Source: Heterodontus francisci
Lineage: Eukaryota
DNA length: 64,000 nt
Assembly (NCBI RefSeq): GCF_036365525.1
Contig: NC_090416.1
Coordinates: forward strand, 14,728,945 to 14,792,944
Direction: 5' to 3'
The notes under the pieces: model-generated
Seen by the model: only the letters and a program-made list of their open reading frames with translations
What the model was told of the DNA's origin: nothing
The model's database searches: none
Made by a program: the position numbers and the translations under genes
Shown: piece by piece, positions 62,305-64,000 of the stretch
Numbering within the stretch: the first letter of the stretch is position 1
Layout: each line of letters opens with the position of its first letter

Positions 62305-63250
62305 CAGCAATAGAGATTCCATGACATTGCTGTGTGTGTTCTATAGGCCACCGTCTATTGGGAAAGGTATAGAGGAACAAATCCGCAAGGAAACGAGAGA
62401 GGTGCAAATACTAGAGGGCAGAGGGGGGAAGAGTTTCTACAGTGTATTCAGGAGCATTTTCTCGATTAGTATGTTTCTAGTCCAACCAGGAAGGAGGCAC
62501 TTGTGGATTTGGTTCTGGGGAATGATCTGGGACAAGTGCATTAAGTGTCAGTCGGGGAACATTTTGGAGGCAGTGATCATTATATCAATAAGGTGTAGTT
62601 TAGCTATGGAAAAGGGCAAGGAGCAATCCAGAGTGAAAATAATTAATTGGTGGAGGGCTAACTTCAACGGGGTGTGAATCAAAAGTAGGCAGGCAAAACT
62701 GTAATGGAACATTGGGCTGACTTCAAAGAGGAGATGGTTCGGGTCCGGTCTCGGTAGATTTGCATGAGGCAGTTAGGTAGGACAAACAAATGCAGAGCTC
62801 CTGGATAATGACAATGGTAGACATCAAATAGAAAGGGTGCATCGGACAGAAGAAAGGTGAAAATACAATTGAGAATCAGGTTGAACACAGGAAGTTCAGA
62901 GGACAGGTGATAAAGGAAATGAGAGAAGCAAAGAGAGAATATGAGAAGAGACTGGCAGCCAAAAAGGGTATCTGAAAGTCTTCTGTATATAAACAGTAAA
63001 AGAGTGGGAAAAGGAGGAGTGGGGCCGATTATGGCTCAAAAACAGATTCATGCATGGAAACAGAGGGCAAGGTTGAGATGCTAAGTGAATACTTTGTATC
63101 TGTCCTGACTAAGAAAGAAGATGCTGCCCCAAGTCATGGTGGAAGTGGAGGCAATTGAGACAATGTATTGGCTACAAAAAAGTGATAAAAAGGTGTTATT
63201 AGATAGGCTGGCTGGACTTAAAGTTGATAAATCTCCAGGACCGGATGAGA
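62305..63250 (+). mobile_element. Highly decayed CR1 ORF2 fragment in a gene B intron
   Basis: VFYRPPS, MEKGKEQSRVKIINWWRANFNG and LKVDKSPGPDE remnants. Confidence 0.8.
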
Positions 63251-63764
63251 TTTGCTTTATCTTTCCATGGGATGTGCTTGTCACTGGCAAGGACAGCATT
63301 TGTTGCCCATCCCTAATTATCCATGAGCTGAATGGCTTGTTCGGCCATTTCAGAGTGAAACACATCATTGTGGGTCTGGAGTCACATTTCGGCCAGACCA
63401 GGTAAGAACGGCAGATTTCCTTCCTCAGGACCTGAGTGAACCAAGTGGGGTTTTTACAACAATCGATGATAGTTTCATGGCAGCATTACTGAGACGAACT
63501 TTCAATTGCAGATTGTGATTCATTAATTGAATTTAAATTCCACCAGTTGCCATGGTGAGATTTGAACCCCTGTCCCTGGACACTAGCCTGGACGTCTCCA
63601 GTACCAATCCAGTGACATTACCTTTATGCCAACATCTCCTCCAAAATGCTTCCAAACATACTAAGGGAAGTAAAGTTGGAAATTGCGGAGGCACTGGCCA
63701 TAATCTTCAGTCTGTGGGCAGGTATATACGAGTACAGATACACAAATCGCTGAAAGTATAGATT

Positions 63765-63783
63765 TATCATTATCTATCTATCC

Positions 63784-63837
<54 letters not shown>

Positions 63838-63945
63838 GTCAATCTTTCTTTATTATGGCTCTTTCCATCCCTATCTCTATCTATATCACTCTCTCCATCT
63901 GTTTCTCTGTCATTCTCTATCTCTGTCTCATTCGCTCTATCTATC
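63765..63945. repeat. (TATC)n microsatellite and degenerate extension
   Basis: Pure TATC run at ~63785-63834. Confidence 0.92.
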
Positions 63946-64000
63946 TTCAGCTGTGTAAATGCGTTCCACTTCTCTAACGATTTTCAGCAATTAAAAAAAA

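Overview
Repeat-rich vertebrate genomic DNA, most likely a cartilaginous fish, judged from HE1-like V-SINEs, SacSINE1/Deu-domain-like SINEs, CR1 LINEs and Penelope elements. The ORF track is mostly repeat noise, so I assembled genes by hand from splice sites. (1) PAQR6 (membrane progestin receptor delta-like) is complete on the - strand: 7 coding exons, 23910-31686, 341 aa. (2) A small cluster of non-rearranging antigen-receptor-like IgSF genes lies upstream of PAQR6. Gene A (+, 48255-55269, 6 exons, 303 aa) encodes leader, a germline-joined VJ domain, a C1-type domain, a Cys-containing stalk, an uncharged TM and a tail with an ITIM/ITSM-type motif (TLYARL). Gene B (+, 60351 to beyond the window) has leader, VJ and C1 exons; its C1 is about 83% and its V about 45% identical to gene A by hand count. 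A decayed third copy sits inverted between them (about 57670-58665). Other features: a 4.9-kb ~32-bp satellite, several minisatellites, a solo LTR with 4-bp TSD inside a CR1, an inverted Penelope-like element with hammerhead-ribozyme motifs, and a CTCF-motif cluster near 19.1 kb. Repeat-family names and TE boundaries come from recognition by eye and are approximate.
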